DNA of 23,312 nucleotides from a virus (Duplodnaviria; Heunggongvirae; Uroviricota; Caudoviricetes): IMG/VR virus record IMGVR_UViG_2617270991_000003; one strand, 5' to 3'. Shown piece by piece: positions 21,230 to 23,312 of this stretch (position 1 is its first letter; each line of letters starts with the position of its first letter). The notes under the pieces were generated by a model. It saw only the letters and a program-made list of their open reading frames with translations, ran no database searches and was not told where the DNA came from. The position numbers and the translations under genes were made by a program.

Positions 21230-23083
21230 ATGGTATTTAAACACTATGATGTTGTCAGGGCGGCGTCGCCGTCAGATCTTGCGGAAAAGCTGACACATAA
21301 ACTGAAAGAGGGCTGGCAGCCGTTTGGTAGTCCGGTGGCCATAACCCCTTATACCCTGATGCAGGCGATTGCAGCAGAAGGTGATGTGGTCGTCAGTGGT
21401 GCAACTGAGCCGGAGTGGTACTACGTCATCGTACTGGCCGGGCAATCCAATGCCATGGCTTACGGTGAAGGGCTTCCGCTTCCGGATTCTTACGATGCGC
21501 CCCACCCACGCATTAAGCAACTGGCCCGTCGCAACACAGTGACTCCCGGTGGTAAAGCATGCGCATTTAACGACATCATTCCGGCAGACCACTGCCTGCA
21601 TGATGTTCAGGATATGAGCGCACTGAATCATCCGAAGGCAGACCTGAGCAAAGGGCAGTACGGCTGTGTCGGCCAGGGCTTACATATTGCCAAAAAACTG
21701 CTTCCGTATATCCCGAATAACGCGGGGATCCTGCTGGTACCATGCTGTCGTGGTGGTTCGGCATTCACCCAGGGCGCGGAGGGGACATTCAGTGCGGACA
21801 CGGGGGCCAGCCAGGATTCGGCACGCTGGGGTGTGGGTAAACCGTTATATCAGGACCTGATCGCACGCACCAAAGCGGCATTACAGAAGAACCCGAAAAA
21901 TGTGTTGCTGGCGGTGTGCTGGATGCAGGGCGAATTTGACATGAGCGCTGCCACCTACGCACAGCAACCGGACCTGTTCACGGCCATGCTGAAGCAGTTC
22001 CGTACTGACCTTTCCGGATTTAACGCGCAGTGCCATGGCGGCAGTGCTGCAGTTGTACCGTGGATTTGTGGCGACACGACGTATTACTGGAAAAACACAT
22101 ACGGCACACAGTATGACTCCGTCTACGGCGCATACAAAAACAGGGAGAGCGACAACGTTTTCTTTGTGCCGTTCATGACCGACGGTAACGGCAACAACAC
22201 GCCCACCAACTTACCGGCAGAAGACCCGGATATTGCTGATGCAGGTTATTACGGCGCGCAATCCCGTAGTAATGGTAATTGGGTATCGTCAAACCGCCCG
22301 ACACATTTCAGTTCATGGGCGCGCAGGAGCATTATTCCGGATCGTATGGCAACCGCTATTCTGAACGCAGCCGGGCGCACCTCAGCCTTCATCAGTGGTA
22401 AGGCACCGGAAATCAAACCCTCGCCCGGCGTCGACACGCCATCGGGGCCGTCTGAAGATGCATCCGTACGCACAATCTCCCTGTTGCCGACAGCCGGAGA
22501 GGCTGCTGCGCAGGGCTGGACCATTAAGGACGGCGGAATTCAGTTGTCGGGTGGTGTATTTAAGATCACCAAGCAGAGCAATAAAACTTGGTCCCTGATG
22601 CATCCGGTGGATGACGCAGTCTCCCTGCTGACACGGGGTGGCAGACTGAGCTGTAAGTTTCGACTGTCAGGCGCACTGACCAACAACCAGTTCGGTCTGG
22701 GAATTTATCTGTATACCGATGTAGCGTTACCTGACGTCGTGGCGATGACCGGGACTGGTAACCCGTTCCTGATGTCGTTCTTCACCCAGACCACAGACGG
22801 CAAACTGAATCTGATGCATCACAAGAAAGCCGGAAACACAAAGTTGGGCGAGTTCGGGAATTACAGTAACGACTGGCAGACGCTGGAACTGGTGTTCACC
22901 GCCGGCAGTGCCACGGTTACTCCGAAACTGAATGGAGTGGCTGGCCCGGCATTCCAGGTCATAAAAGACAGTCTGACACTGGGGCTGAATGCGCTGACGC
23001 TGACGGATATTACCAAAAATGCAGCGTATGGCGTTGAGATAGAAAGTCTGGTGCTGGAGATAAATGCACCAGCATCATCATAA
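21230..23083 (+). CDS. Sialate O-acetylesterase, NanS-p-like (617 aa)
   Basis: GQSNAMAYG esterase motif and overall layout typical of the esterase found downstream of stx in Stx phages; ATG 21230 after GGTGGAAAG (track begins at ATG 21215 without an RBS). Confidence 0.75.
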   Translation: MVFKHYDVVRAASPSDLAEKLTHKLKEGWQPFGSPVAITPYTLMQAIAAEGDVVVSGATEPEWYYVIVLAGQSNAMAYGEGLPLPDSYDAPHPRIKQLARRNTVTPGGKACAFNDIIPADHCLHDVQDMSALNHPKADLSKGQYGCVGQGLHIAKKLLPYIPNNAGILLVPCCRGGSAFTQGAEGTFSADTGASQDSARWGVGKPLYQDLIARTKAALQKNPKNVLLAVCWMQGEFDMSAATYAQQPDLFTAMLKQFRTDLSGFNAQCHGGSAAVVPWICGDTTYYWKNTYGTQYDSVYGAYKNRESDNVFFVPFMTDGNGNNTPTNLPAEDPDIADAGYYGAQSRSNGNWVSSNRPTHFSSWARRSIIPDRMATAILNAAGRTSAFISGKAPEIKPSPGVDTPSGPSEDASVRTISLLPTAGEAAAQGWTIKDGGIQLSGGVFKITKQSNKTWSLMHPVDDAVSLLTRGGRLSCKFRLSGALTNNQFGLGIYLYTDVALPDVVAMTGTGNPFLMSFFTQTTDGKLNLMHHKKAGNTKLGEFGNYSNDWQTLELVFTAGSATVTPKLNGVAGPAFQVIKDSLTLGLNALTLTDITKNAAYGVEIESLVLEINAPASS

Positions 23084-23167
23084 AAAGTGAGCCAGTCAAA
23101 TGGAAGGTATCGTTAAACTCACCGGTAGTGTCAGTGGGTCGTCTGAGATGCCTGCATGAGTTATCAG

Positions 23168-23198
23168 AGCCATCAGTACTTAACTGGTGGCTTTTTTT
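23168..23198 (+). terminator. Rho-independent terminator after the esterase gene
   Basis: AGCCATCAG-TACTTAA-CTGGTGGCT hairpin (one G-U pair) followed by TTTTTTT. Confidence 0.55.
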
Positions 23199-23233
23199 AT
23201 TGTTGTCAGCTTCCGGATAACGGGAGACGGGGT

Positions 23234-23312
23234 ATGTACCAGATGGAAAAAATCACAACAGGTGTGTCATACACCACGTCAGCGGTGGGAACGGGCTACT
23301 GGTTCCTGCAGT
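23234..23312 (+). CDS. Holin (S-like), first 26 codons; gene continues beyond the window end
   Basis: MYQMEKITTGVSYTTSAVGTGYWFLQ matches my recollection of the Stx-phage class of holin N-terminus; GGGAGACGGGG RBS. Confidence 0.6.
   Translation, partial: MYQMEKITTGVSYTTSAVGTGYWFLQ

Noticed and set aside
21090-21293. Plus-strand ORF of 67 aa overlapping the esterase start
   Set aside because: No RBS, implausible hydrophobic/basic composition, overlaps the better-supported esterase start.
1-23312. CRISPR arrays, integrase or transposase genes, attachment sites
   Set aside because: No regularly spaced direct repeats with unique spacers and no recombinase-like ORF were seen in this window; prophage ends appear to lie outside it.

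Overview
This window reads as about 23.3 kb of a lambdoid prophage from an Enterobacteriaceae (E. coli-like) genome, with a Qin/Rac-type early region and a Stx-phage-type late region that lacks stxAB. All calls come from reading the sequence and the ORF track; family names rest on remembered motifs, not on any database search. Left arm (minus strand): the 5' part of a large exonuclease gene, a YdfD-like and a DicB-like small gene, rha, a DicF-like sRNA, a convergent overlapping gene pair of unknown function, and three small ydfCBA-like ORFs. Immunity region: an HTH repressor without a LexA-type peptidase domain, divergent promoters, and a cro-like gene. Right arm (plus strand): YdaT-like regulator, O-like initiator with two iteron clusters, P-like loader, a nin-like block of small coupled genes, a hokD-like type I toxin, an inserted two-gene cassette (unknown 216-aa protein plus fused HTH/ImmA-IrrE metallopeptidase) bracketed by a duplicated terminator, DUF968-like protein, RusA, Q-like zinc-finger protein, orphan DNA methyltransferase, two tRNAs plus a truncated third, tandem terminator-ended structured repeats and an AT-rich island where Stx phages carry stxAB, a NanS-p-like sialate O-acetylesterase, and the start of a holin. 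The best candidates for an undescribed system are the hok-adjacent cassette (13109-14968), the convergent pair in the dicB-like operon (3945-4584), and the structured repeats at the stx-equivalent locus (19894-20605).
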